In this document: positions 38,665 to 51,031 of the stretch, in pieces
How positions within the stretch are numbered: the first letter of the stretch is position 1
Layout of the letters: each line of letters begins with the position of its first letter
From: Mobula hypostoma
Taxonomy: Eukaryota
Direction of reading: 5' to 3'
Assembly: GCF_963921235.1 (NCBI RefSeq)
Contig: NC_086097.1
Coordinates: forward strand, 28,336,001 to 28,400,000
Length of the DNA: 64,000 nucleotides
The notes under the pieces: generated by a model
The model's database searches: none
What the model saw: only the letters and a program-made list of their open reading frames with translations
Told to the model about the DNA's origin: nothing
Translations under genes and position numbers: made by a program

Positions 38665-39290
38665 CTGCCGTCACCAAAGGTGGGATTTCCCATTGGCCAC
38701 CCGTTTTAATTCTAATTCCCATTCTGACCTGTTGGCTTGTGGCCTCCTCCATTGCCACAATGACTTCACACTCAGGTTGGAGGAACAACTCATATCCATC
38801 TTCATAGCTTCCAACCTGATGGCAGGAACATTGATTTCTCTAACTTCTGGTAATTCCCCCCCCCCCACCCACTCATTTTCATTCTCAATTCTGGTTCCTC
38901 TCTTGCCCCTTCTCTTCTCCTCAGCTGCCTATCTCCTCCCTTCAGTGCCCTCCTCCTTCTCTTTCTTCCTTGGCTTGCTCTCCTCTCCTATCAGATTCCT
39001 ACTTCTTCAGCCTCTTACCTCTTCCACCTATCACCTCCCAGCTTCTTACTTCATGCCCCCCTCTCCCACCCACCTACCTTTCCCCTCACCTTGTCTCAAC
39101 TGTCTGCTTGTACTCCTTTCTCTCCTCTCCTCCTTATTCTGGCTTTGCCCCCTTCCTTTCCTGTTCTGATGAAGGGTCTCAGCCCAAAACATCGACTGTT
39201 TATTTCCGTCCATAGTTGTTGCCTGAGTTCCTCCAGCATCTTGTGTGTGTTGCTCAAGATTTCCAGCATCTGCGGGATCTCTTGTGTTTA
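38665..39290 (+). mobile_element. Penelope-like element 3' end with GIY-YIG C-terminus
   Basis: FNSNSHSDL..GLLHC..TLRLEEQ, pyrimidine tract, degenerate hammerhead at 39163-39197, standard terminus. Confidence 0.75.
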
Positions 39291-39629
39291 TGTCGTTAGG
39301 GAGAATCAGCTTTATACATGGGTAAAGCTCTTCCTACCATCGTGGACATCTCCAAGAGGCAATATCTGCGGAAGGTGACATGGACCATTGAGGACCCCTA
39401 CCATCCAGGCAGTGCCCCTTTCTCATTGCTGCCATCAGGCAGGAGTTACCGGAGCCTGAAGGTCTCCATCTCAAGGTTCATCAACAGCTTCTTCCCCAAT
39501 GGAACTGACCTGAAAGACCCCATTTCTACCTCAGATCATATGTTTCTCAATGCACTGATGCCATAATAGTATTGGGTTGTGCAAGTTATGTACAATTTAT
39601 ATCAAAGTTTATGTAATTTATATTCTAAT

Positions 39630-40251
39630 TCAATCTACTAATTTGCTGATGATACCACCATAGTGGGCCGCATCTCAAATAACAATGAGTTGGAATGCAG
39701 GAAGAAGATAGAGTTGGTGTCATGACAACAACCTTTCCCTCAATGTCAGCAAAACAAAAGGGCTGGTCATTAGCTTCAGGAAGGGTTCAATTCACTCCAG
39801 CTTGTCTACATCAATGGTGCTGAGGTCAAGAGGGTTAAGAGCTTCAAGTTAGTGGGAGTGAACTTCACCAATGGCCTACCCTGGTCCAACAACAGAGACT
39901 GTGTGAATAAAGCACACCAACAACTCCACTTCCTTCTGGAGGAGGGAACTGGAGGTCCACGAGCCAGTTCTCATTGGAGAGGGTCAGCAACTTTAAATTC
40001 TTCAGTGTTATCACTTCAGATCTGTACCGGGACCAGCGCATAAGTGCAATTATGAAGAAAGCACAGCAGCACCTCTACTTTCTTAGAAGTTGGCAAAGAT
40101 TCGGCATGACATTGAAAACTTTGACAAACTTCTAAAGATGTGTGGTTGAGAGTATACTGACTGGTTGCATCATGGCCTGGTATGGAAACACAAATGGCCT
40201 TGTATGAAAAATCCTACGAAGAGTGATCAATGTGGCCCAGTCCATCATAAG
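39630..40251 (+). mobile_element. Rex/Babar-type fragments; host sequence resumes at 44795-45300
   Basis: FADDTTIVG at about 39643, LNVSKTK; GCCCAGTCCATCA...GGTAAAGCCCTC continuity across CR1 copy C. Confidence 0.65.
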
Positions 40252-40254
40252 GCT

Positions 40255-43200
40255 TTCTTTCCGGCAGCCCAATCAGCCGCGGGCGCAGGCGATAGAAAAT
40301 TAAATAAAAGTATAGAAGGAAGAAGTGGGGCGGCCATTGTTGGGAGTAGGCTAATAGTGAGAGTAGGAGGGTCAGGCTTTGGCTCAAAGGAAGCTGTGGC
40401 TCAGTAGAGGCGTTGGCTCTGGCTAAGTTTCTGTTAAAGTTCCCTTTTTCTCTCTTACTCTACCTAGTACAGTAAATGGCTGTTGTGTGTTCTACGTGCT
40501 AGATGTTGGAGTCCTGGGAGACCCAGAGTCTTCCAGGGAACTACCTGGGACTCCCGAAGACGAGGGAATTAAATGCAGCATCTCCAAAGCTGCGGATGAC
40601 ATGAAGCTGGGCGGCAGTGTTAACTGTGAGGAGGATGCTAAGAGGATGCAGGGTGACTTGGATAGGTTGGGTGAGTGGGCAAATTCATGGCAGATGCAAT
40701 TTAATGTGGATAAATGTGAGGTTATCCACTTTGGTGGAAAGAACAGGAAAACAGATTACGATCTGAATGGTGGCCAATTAGGAAAAGGGGAGGTGCAATG
40801 AGACCTGGGTGTCATTATACACCAGTCAATTGAAAGTGGGCATGCAGGTACAGCAGGTGGTGAAAAAGGCGAATGGTATGCTGGCATTCATAGCAAGAGG
40901 ATTCGAGTACAGGAGCAGGGAGGTACTACTGCAGTTGTACAAGGCCTTGGTGAGACCACACCTGGAGTATTGCGTGCAGTTTTGGTCCTCTAATCTGAGG
41001 AAAGACATTCTTGCCGTAGAGGGAGTACAAAGAAGGTTCACCAGATTGATTCGTGGGATGGCAGGACTTTCATATGATGAAAGACTAGATCGACTAGGCT
41101 TGTACTCTCTGGAATTTAGAAGATTGAGGGGGGATCTGATTGAAACGTATAAAATTCTAAAGGGATTGGACAGGCTAGATGCAGGAAGATTGTTCCCGAT
41201 GTTGGGGAAGTCCAGAATGAGGGGTCACGGTTTGAGGATAAAGGGGAAGCCTTTTAGGATCGAGATGAGGAAAAACTTCTTCACACAGAGAGTGATGAAT
41301 CTGTGGAATTCTCTGCCACAGGAAACAGTTGAGGCCAGTTCATTGGCTATATTTAAGAGGGAGTTAGATATGGCCCTTGCGGCTAAAGGGATCAGGGGGT
41401 ATGGAGAGAAGGCAGGTACAGGGTTCTGAGTTGGATGATCAGCCATGATCATACTGAATGGCGGTGCAGGCTCGAAGGGCCAAATGGCCTACTCCTGCAC
41501 CTATTTTCTATGTTTCTATGTTTCTACCTCTGTGTAAGGTGCATCCAGCTGCAGCTCCTTGAAGACCGTGTTAGGGATCTGGAGCAGCAGCTGGATGACC
41601 TTCAGCTTGTACGGGAGAGAGAGGAGATAATCAGAGTTACAGGGAAGTTGTCACCCCTAAGTTACAGGAGGCGAGTAGTTGGTGACTGTCAGGAGAAATG
41701 GAAATGTGAATAGACAGTTAGTGCGGAGCACCCCAGTGGCCATTCCTCTCAATAATAAGTATAACAATTTGGATACTATTGTGGGGGATGACCTCCCAGG
41801 GAACACTGGATTACTGGCACTGAGCATGGAACTGTGGTGCAGAAGGGAAAGAAGGTGAAGAGGGGAGCGGTACTGATAGGGGTCTCAATAGTCAAAGGAA
41901 CAGACAGGATATTCTGTGGACATGAATGGGAAACTCAGATGGTATGTTACCTCCCAGGTGCCAGGGTCAGGGACATCTCAGATCACATCTACAGCATTCT
42001 GGAGGGGTATGGAGAGCAGCCAGATGTCTTGGCACATATTGGTACCAATTACATAGGAAGGAAAAGCAAAGAGGTCCTGAAGAGAGAATTTGGAGATCTA
42101 GTAAGACTTCCTGGGTAGTAATTTCTGAATTGCTACCTGTGCCATGCGCCAGTGAGTGTAGAAACAGGATGATTTGGCAGAGAAACTGGTGCAGGGGGTA
42201 AGGCTTCAGGTTCTTGGATCATTGTGTTATTGTCTGGAGGAGGTATGACTTGTTCAAAAAGGATGGGTTGCACCTGAACCCTAGGGGGACAAAAATTCTC
42301 ATGGGCAGGTTTGTTAGGGCTGTTGGGGAGGGTTTAAAATAATTTGGCAGGAGAGGACCAGAGTGAAGGAACTCAGGATAGGACAGATGGCAAAAAGGCA
42401 AAGATAGCGTGCAATCAAACTGTCAGGAAGGGCAGGCAGAAGATAGGACAAAATTGCAGACAGCAGAGTGAGTATCAGTGCATTAGGGATGCTGATTCAC
42501 AAAGGGCAGCAAATACAGTACTCAAGGTGTTGTATCTCAATGCACGGAGTATAAGAAATAAGGCGGATGATCTTGTTGCAATATTACAGATTGCCAGGTA
42601 TGATGTTGTGGCCATCACTGAATCGTGGCTGAAGGATGGTTGTAGTTGGGAGCTGAATGTCCAAGGTTACATGTTATATCGGAGGGATAGGAAGGTAGGC
42701 AGAGGGGTTGGTGTGGCTCTACTGGTAAAGAATGGCATCAAATCAGTAGAAAGATGTGACATGGGATTGGAAGATGTTGAATCCTTGGGGGTTGAGTTAA
42801 GAAACTGCAAGGGTAAAAAGACCCTGATGGCAGTTATATACAGGCCTCCCAACAACAGTAGCTGGGATGTGGACAACAGATTACAAAGGGAAATAGAAAA
42901 GGTGTGTCAAAAGGGCAATGTTATGATAGTCATGGGAGATTTTAACTTGCAGGTTGACTAGGAAAATCAGGTAGGTAATGGATCTCAAGAGAGTGAGTTT
43001 TTTGAATGCCTACAAGATGGCTTTTTAGAGCAGTCTGTCGTTGAACCTACTAGGGCATAAGCTCTACTGGGTTGGGTGTTATGTAATGAACCCGAGGCGA
43101 TTACAGAGCTTAAGGTAAAAGAACCCTTAATGATTGAATTCAACTTGAAATTTGATAGGGAGAAAGTAAGGTCTGATGTGGCAGTATTTCAGTGGAGTAA

Positions 43201-44794
43201 AGGAAATTACAGTGGTATGAGAGAGGAGTTGGCCAAAGTAAATTGGAAGGAAAGGCTGGTGGGGATGACAGTAGAACAGCAATGCTGTGAGTTTCAGGGG
43301 AAAATGAGAAAGATGCAGGATAGGTGTATTCCAAAAATGAAGAAGTACTCAAATAGCCAAATAGTTGAACGTAGCTGACAAGGGAAGTCAAAGCTAATTC
43401 AAAAGCAAAAGAAAGGGCATACAACAAAACAAAAATTAGTGGGAAGACAGAGGATTGGGAAGCTTTTAAAAAACTAGAGAGAGCAACTAAAAGAATCACG
43501 AGGAGAGAAAAGATGAAATATGAAAGCAAGCTAGTAAACAACTTCAAAGTGGATCATAAAAGCTTCTTCAAGTATGTAAAAATAAAAGAGAGATCAGTGA
43601 ATATAAGACCACTAGAAAATGAATCTGGAGAAATAATAACAGGGGCCAAGGTGAGTACTTTGCATCAGCCTTCACTGCGGAAGATACAAGCGGTGCTAGC
43701 AGTGTGCCAGGTGTTGAAAAGTGTGAGGCTGATTTGTAGGAGGCAGCAAGTGGGATTAAAAGGATCCTTTTCTGATTGGCTGCCAGTGACTCGTGGTGTT
43801 CTGCAGAGGTCGGTGTTGGGACCGCTTCTTTTTATGCTGTATATCAATGATTTAGTTGATGGACTAGATGGCTTAGTTGCCAAGTTTGCAGATGATACAA
43901 AGATTGGTGGACGGGCAGGTAGTGTTGAGGAAACAGGTAGGATGTAGAAAGACTTAGACAGATTAGGAGAATGGGCAAGAAAGTGGCAAATGATATATAA
44001 TGTTGGAAAATGCATGGTCATGCACTTTGGTAATAGAAATAAACGTGCAGGCTATTTTCTAAATAGGGAGAAAATCCAAAAATCTGAGCTGCAAAGGGAC
44101 TTGGGTGTCCTCGTGCAGAACACCCTAAAATCTAACTTGCAGGTTGAGTTGGTGGTGAGGAAGGCAAATTTAATGTTCCCATTCATTTCAAGAGGTTTAG
44201 GATACAAGAGCAAGGATGTCATGGTGAGGCTGAATGAGGCACTGGTGAAGCCTCACCTTGAGTATTGTAAACAATTTTGGGCTCCTCATCTAAGAAAATA
44301 TGTGCTGGCATTGGAGAGGGTTCAGATAAGGTTCACAAGGATGATTCCTGGAATGAAAGGATTATCATACGAGGAGCGTTTGATGGCTCTGGGTCTGTAC
44401 TCACTGGAATTTAGAAAGATGAGGGGAGGATCTCTTTGAAACCTTTCAAATGTTGAAAGGCCCAGACAGAGTAGATGTAGAAAGAACGTTTTCCATAGTA
44501 GGGCAGTCTAGACAAAAGGGCACAGCCTCAGGATAGAGGAGCGTCCATTTGAAACAGAGATGCAGAGAAATTTCTTTAGCCATAAGGTGGTGAATTTGTG
44601 GAATTTGTTACCAAAGGCAGCTGTGGAGGCCAGGTCGATGGATGTATTTAAGGCAGAGTTTGATAGCTTTTTGACTGGTCACGGCATCAAAGGTTACGGG
44701 GAGAAGGCCGGGGTGTGGGGCTGAGGAGGGGGAGAAAAAGATGGCAGAGCAGACTCGATCGGCCAACTGGTCTAATTCTGCTCCTGTGTCTCCT
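40255..44794 (+). mobile_element. Older CR1 LINE, copy C (internally deleted, carries nested CR1)
   Basis: 5'UTR, ORF1 zinc finger/esterase remnants (40476-42342), YLNARS, AITESWL, FADDTK; many stops and frameshifts. Confidence 0.9.
40547..41523 (+). mobile_element. 5'-truncated CR1 (copy B subfamily) nested in ORF1 of copy C
   Basis: Near-identical to about 31895-32852; TSD CTACCT at 40541-40546 and 41524-41529. Confidence 0.92.
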
Positions 44795-46016
44795 GGGTAA
44801 AGCCCTCTTCGCCATCGAGCACATCTACATGGAGCACTGTTGCAGGAAAGCAGCATCCATCACCAGGGACCTCCACTGCCCAGGTGATACACTCTTCTCG
44901 CCGCTGCCGTTTGGAAGGTGGTGCAAAAACTTCAGGTCCCAAATCACCAGGTTTAGGGACAGTAATTACCCCTCAACCATCCGGCTCTGGACTTGACCCA
45001 TCTCAATTTCACCTGCCCCATCACTGACCTTGCTCCAACAACCAATGGACTCACTTTCAAGGACTCTTCATCTCATGTTCTCAATATTTATTGCATTTAT
45101 TTACTTATTTTTTTTCTTTTGTATTTGCATAATTTGCTGTCTTTTGCACACTGGTTGTTTGTCCTGTTGGGTATGGCTTTTTATTGATTTTATTATGTGT
45201 CTTGGATTTACTGTCTATGCCTACAAGAAAATGAATCTCAAGGTTGTGTAAGGTGACATATATGTACGTTTGTACTTTGATAATAAATTTACTTTGAACT
45301 TTCTTCACTAGTTGAGAGGCTGCTTTCAGCGAATTTGCACTTGAACTGGCAGGTCCCTCTGTTCCACGACGCTCGTCAATGCCCAGGTATTCACTGGACA
45401 GGGCCTACTCTGGATTTATTATTCTTGGTTTATTGTTGTCATACATGCCGAGCTGCAGTTAAAAGCTTGTCTTTGCATTCTGTTGTACAGATCAAATCCT
45501 TACACCGTGCATTGAAGTAGTACAAAATGAAACAAAAACAGAATGCAGAATAAAGTGTCACAGTTACAGAGAAAGTGCAGTGCAGGCAGCTAATAAGATG
45601 CAAGGTTAACACAAGGTAGACCGTGAGGTCAAGAGTCTATCTTGTCATGCTATGGAATGATTTAATAGTTTTTAAATAGTGACGTAGCAGCTGCCCTTGA
45701 ACCTGGTGGTAAGTGCTTTCAGACTTTCATATCTTCTGCTCAGTGGGAGTGGGGGTGGCGGGGGGAGAGAATGTCTGGGGTGGGTGAGGTCTTTGATGAT
45801 GTTGGCTGCTTTACTGAGGTGGTGATAAGTGTAGACCATCCACGAAGGGGAGGCTGGTTTCCTTGATGTTCTGAGCTGTGTATTCCCACACGAGTCGCTG
45901 GATGTCGGTGAGGGTTGATCGAAGGCCATTCATCTCTCTGGGGGGAGCAGAGGGAAAGATCTTGGCAGCTACTTCTCTGGCAAGTGCCTTCAGCTGGGCT
46001 GCCTGCCAACCACCTT

Positions 46017-46164
46017 CATGCTGAGCCGCAGAAGGAAAACGTCTCTGGGAAGGTCTCTCTGGCCACCTTTTATGGCCTTGCACACAAACAGAATCAATTT
46101 GCATCAATCTGCCTTTTTGTTGGTGCGTTTTCAAAGAGAAATGGCATCATATTTTCTTACGTCA
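46017..46164 (-). promoter_or_regulatory. Candidate promoter: CRE-like, octamer, TATA-like, ATG
   Basis: Minus strand TGACGTAA (46157-46164), ATGCAAAT (46097-46104), CCATAAAA (46068-46075), AGCATG at 46019 in unique sequence. Confidence 0.3.
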
Positions 46165-47479
46165 TAGAAGGATTGTTGAGTCTATTCCAGATTACAGACC
46201 ACCCCCTTCTTTCCAACATACACAAAATGCTGGAGGGACTTTGGCAATGTCTACGGAGGGGAATAAACAGTCGAAGTTTTAGGTTCAGACCCTTCTTCAG
46301 GACTGGAAAGGAAAGGGGAAGAAGGGAGATGGAGAAGGTGGAGAGAGGGGAGGAGTGAAAGCTGAGGAGAGGGCAGGTTGCAGGTGAGCTGGTGAGCACT
46401 TGGCCAGAGTCAGAGAGCAGCAGAAACTAGAGCAGGGGGACAGTGAGAGAGAATCTCACTCAACTCCCGTCACAGAGAGGATTTCTTCAGAGTATGCATA
46501 CTTCAAAAGGACTGAAGTGGAACAGCAAGTCATAAACACAAGTAACATTATACCTCTTTCTCTCCCCCCACCTCCTTATTTTGGCTCCTGCCCCTTCCTC
46601 TCCGGCCCTGATAAAGGGTGTCAGCCCGCAATGTCGACTGTTTATTCCCCTCCATAGATGCTGCCTGACCTGCTGAGTTCCTCTAGCACTTTGTGTGCAT
46701 TACTCTAGATTCCCAGCATCTTGTGTTTAAAAGGTTTGGATAGGAAAGGATTGCGGGGATACATACCAAACATAAGCTAACAGAACTAGTTAAGATAGGT
46801 ATCTCGGTCAGCATGGACTGAGTTGAGCTGAAGGACCTGTTTCTGTGTTGTAGGACTCTATGACCTGATGATATTTGTGTCCTGCTGCCCCTGCACTGGT
46901 GAATGTTCACATCCGATCCAGCTCCACAGGCAGGATAAACGAGGCAGCAGTGGTGGTGTGCTGGCTGAAAGAGGAGGTGCAGGCAGGCCAGTCACTTCTG
47001 ACCTCGCTTGAGGAGGTGTATATAGAAGGAGATTAACGAGAAAAGAGAAGGGGGTTGGAAACATTAGCATATCCATGAGATGCAGGACACTGACACTGAC
47101 AGGAATCTGATATTACAAAGAATGGTCACGGTTCAAAGTAAATTTAGTACCAAAGTTTAGTACCATTTGCAACCCTGAGATTCGCTTTCTTGCGGGCATT
47201 CACAGTAAATCCAATAACCATATGAGAATCAATGAAAGACTGCACCAACAGGGCGAACAATCAGTGTGCAAAATACAATAAACTGTGCAACTACAAAGGA
47301 AAAGAAAAGAAATAATAATAATAAATAAATGAACAATAAATAAATATCGAGAACATGAGATGAAGAGTACTTGAAAGTGGATCCATAGTTTGTGGGAACA
47401 GTTCAGTGATGGGGCAAGTGGAGTTGAGTGAGGTTATCCCCCCCGCCCCCGATTCAAGAACCTGATGGATGACCCATAA

Positions 47480-49363
47480 GATGCGTGCTCTTCCATCTTT
47501 TACCGAGTTACTCAGAGAAGTTAGAGAGGAGGAAAACATGACTGAGAAGTGGAACATTTCCAAACGATGAGAAGTATCTTCAGAGGTAGCCCCTGATGCC
47601 ACAGAAATAGAGCTTTTGAGGAATGAGGTGAAGAGCCTTCGAGCTGAGCTGACTCGATGGATGTCTGCTCATGTTTAAGCTAAATGTGACAAGTCCATTG
47701 GGAAACACGGCCCAGCTGAGGGACCTATGACACAGACGAATACTGCTGATTAGGGTCTCCTGACTAGAGGGTTGACCGGTATGTTCTGTTACAACTATGG
47801 AGAAGATGGACATTTCAAGGAAGACTGCGGGGGACAGGAAAATCTTTGAAAAGTATGTCAGTGGTTAATCAAACAGAGAAGAAAAAAAGCGAAACTACGG
47901 AGGGGCCCAATAAAGGAACGGGCTAGTGTCTCGGAGAGAACACATTCCAATCAGTGTGTCAAGGGAAATACTGAAGTACAAAACACTATTCCTGAAGGTT
48001 CAGTGGGACCAGGCTCTGAAGTCTCCATACAGATTGAAGGGTTTTTTGCTAGAGCCAAACTTGACACTGGTTCTCAAGTTACTTTGCCTTATAGATCCCT
48101 TTACAGCTGCTATTTGAGACATTTACCTTTGATGCCACTCAGTACTCTGGAGATTTGGCAGCTTAGTGTTGGTGAGTACCCATTCGATGGTTACCTGTCA
48201 CTGAAACTGGAGTTTTCAGAAGCAGATGTTGGAGTAACTGAGACTATTGACATGCCAGTGTCGGTCTGCCCCGATCGGGTTAAAAAAAAGGTGACGCCTC
48301 CATTCTTGTGGGAACAAATCCTCCCATTGTGAGAAGGCTCATAGGACCATACAAGAAGAGAAATGGAGAGAATTTTTTGAAGATCTTGTTCATTCACCCA
48401 GTGTTCAGAGCTGCTTTTGAGAAGGTGTAAGTTTCTCCTAAGCAGAATGATGGGCATAAACGAGGAACTGTATGGTACCGTATAGTCTCAACCTGCCATG
48501 TTACATCCTGGAGGAATAGCTAGAGTGAGAGAGGACATGCCTTTCCATGAGAGCTGTCACCGGTTAGCAGCAGTGGAGGTTGACTATGTTCAGCAGCAAC
48601 TGCTTAAACTGAAGGAAACTGAGTTGAGTCGTGGGGGCAGGGGACTTGATCCAGTGGAAGATATGAGTGATAGATAGGGGAAGGCGACCTTTAGTAAACA
48701 TGAAAGGTCACAAGCAGTGCTGCAGCTGAGGATCAGATAAGGAGATCTCAGAGAGTCAGGAAACCACCAAGCTAGGCTGGCTGAGAATGTACCTGGGAAA
48801 CAGTGTTACCTGAACTCCCATGGTGAGTTTTGTTATTTCCATTTACAAATGGATTGGGGGGGGGGTGTTCCTAAAATCACAAAATTCATTTGAATACTAA
48901 TGATATTAATAATGGTTTAATAAGTTCCAAAGTTATGAAGACATGACTATTTTTGGTGGTGGGGGGAGAGGGGGTTTGGGAAAATGTAGTGCCTGGTTAA
49001 AATTTCTACTGCTATGCTGTGACGTATTCCCTTTCAGCAGTTGTCTGTAAAAGCAGTGTGACCTGCTGGAAAGAGTGTTTTGGCTTCAGCTAAAGATAAA
49101 GGGCCATGTTGTCCAACTTAGGAATGTGTGCCAGTCTGTCAGGATTGTGCGGTGTGAGAGAGAGTTTTCTGAAGAACAGTGGTCTGGTTTGATGTCTTTT
49201 GGTAAGAGCTGTGGAGTGGGACATAAGGGAAGGTGCAACAGAATGCATGAGGGGGTGGCCTTCTCGACATTGAGTCACGTGGCTGTTAGCAGAGTTAGCC
49301 GATGAGCATTTCATCATTGTGGCTGCAAATGCTACTGGATGACAGTCACTGAGGCAGGTTACA
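47480..49363 (+). mobile_element. Gypsy-type LTR retrotransposon remnant (gag end, protease, PPT, probable 3' LTR 48985-49363)
   Basis: PSFTELLREVREEE, degenerate zinc knuckle CYNYGEDGHFKEDC (47787-47828), protease LDTGSQVT, G-rich PPT before TGTAGT...GTTACA. Confidence 0.75.
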
Positions 49364-50035
49364 AAGTTCAAAGTAAATTTATGATCTTTATATACTTCCC
49401 TGAGGTTCATTTCCTTCCAGAAACAATGAAAAAACTACATCCAAAGACTGACAAACAACCAGCGTGCAAAAGAAGACAAAATGTGCAAATACAATAAATA
49501 AATAAATAAATAAATAATACTGAGAACATGAGCTGTAGAGACCTTGAAAGTGAGTCTGTAGATTCTGGAATCAGTTCAGTGTTGAAGTGAGTGAAGTTAT
49601 CCACTCTGGTTCCAGGAACCTGATGGTTTAAGGGTAATAATAGTTCCTTAACCTTGTGCTGTGTGACCTAAAACTTTTGTACCTCCTTCCCAACAGCAGC
49701 AGTGAGAAGAAAGCCTGACCAGGATGGTGGGGGTCCTGAATGATGGAATGTCGGAAATATGACTTAAATACGTAACAGGCTTAGCCAGTCAAGAGTCAAG
49801 CTGTAAGATTTGGATTTCTGTAGACCGGTGAATCCACTGTAAGGCTCTAAGCACTGTGACAAGCCCAGTCAGAATACTAGGTCCTGTTACTCGGCTTTGT
49901 TTGGAAATGGTGGGTGTTGATTAGCACCAAAAGTGTTAAGTGTTGTGATCCATGTTATTTGTTGTTCATATAGATGATTTGAATGTGCATGCACAAGGGT
50001 GGATCGGGAAGCTTGTGGAGGGATATAGGCTAAAC

Positions 50036-50114
50036 CAGGGGTTCCCAACTTTTTTATGCCATCGACCCCTACCTTTAACTGAAGGGTCCATGGGCTCCAG
50101 GTGGGGAACCCCTG
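50036..50114. mobile_element. 79-bp hAT-type MITE
   Basis: TIRs CAGGGGTTCCC / GGGAACCCCTG; degenerate 8-bp TSD GGCTAAAC / GGCTGAAT; related partial copy at 25435-25483. Confidence 0.75.
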
Positions 50115-50693
50115 GGCTGAATGCAGGAAGATCAGATGAGCTGAGGTGGGCACCTTGGACTGACAGCATGGATGAGTTGGGCTGAAAGGCCTGTTTCTGT
50201 GTGAGCGACTCTAATAAACTCCTTACTCTGGAAGTCCAACCCAGGGCTAACATTGTGTCCCTCCCCCCTCTTTTCTCACTCAGCTCCCATTGAGCGTTTA
50301 TATCTCCCGCAATCAGTCCGAGTGTGACTGGCAATCCTTCCACACCAGTACCTCAACAATGGCATCATTCATTCTTTCCTGGTCTCCAGCCCATTGCAGA
50401 TGCCCTTTGGTTATTTCCATCCCAAACCCTTCTCTCCACAACTCGAAGCACAGGGGACTTCTAACTTTTCTTCTCCTGAGGTCATCTGTCCCAAACACCA
50501 ACTCTTTACTGTACACCACAGGTGCTGTCTGCCCTGTTGCGTACCTCAGCCAACCAACCTCACATTCAATTTCAGGCTCCCTATCCCATCCATTATTGTC
50601 CTTAGCAACCACAGCAACAACAACAACAACGATCTACTCAACGTTTACTTTGCACAAACACAAGAGATTCTGCAAGTGCTGGAAATCTTGAGC

Positions 50694-50694
<1 letters not shown>

Positions 50695-50733
<39 letters not shown>
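50695..50733. repeat. (CA)n microsatellite within a Penelope terminus
   Basis: Uninterrupted CA run. Confidence 0.95.
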
Positions 50734-50735
<2 letters not shown>

Positions 50736-51031
50736 GCCGGAGGAACTCAACAAGTCAGGCAGCATCTATGAAGGGAATAAGCAGTCAATGTTTTGGGTCA
50801 AGACCCTTCATCAGGAGTCTGAAGTTGAAGAGCAGCAGAAACCAGAGGGTGAGCAGTTAGAGTCTTACTGAGCTCCCGAAAAAGATGAAGATTTCACCCT
50901 CTTCAGGGTAGGCATACTTTGAGGAGACTTTGCTGTGGAACAAGTCATAAACACAAGATTTTGCAGATGTTGAAAACCTTCAGCGACATACACAAAATGC
51001 TAGAGGAACTCAGCAGGTACGGCAACATCTA

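Noticed and set aside
45960..46164. Immunoglobulin V gene behind the octamer
   Set aside because: No leader exon, V-domain motifs or RSS found nearby
47480..48460. Domesticated PNMA/gag-like gene
   Set aside because: Multiple stops, frameshifts and a mutated zinc knuckle
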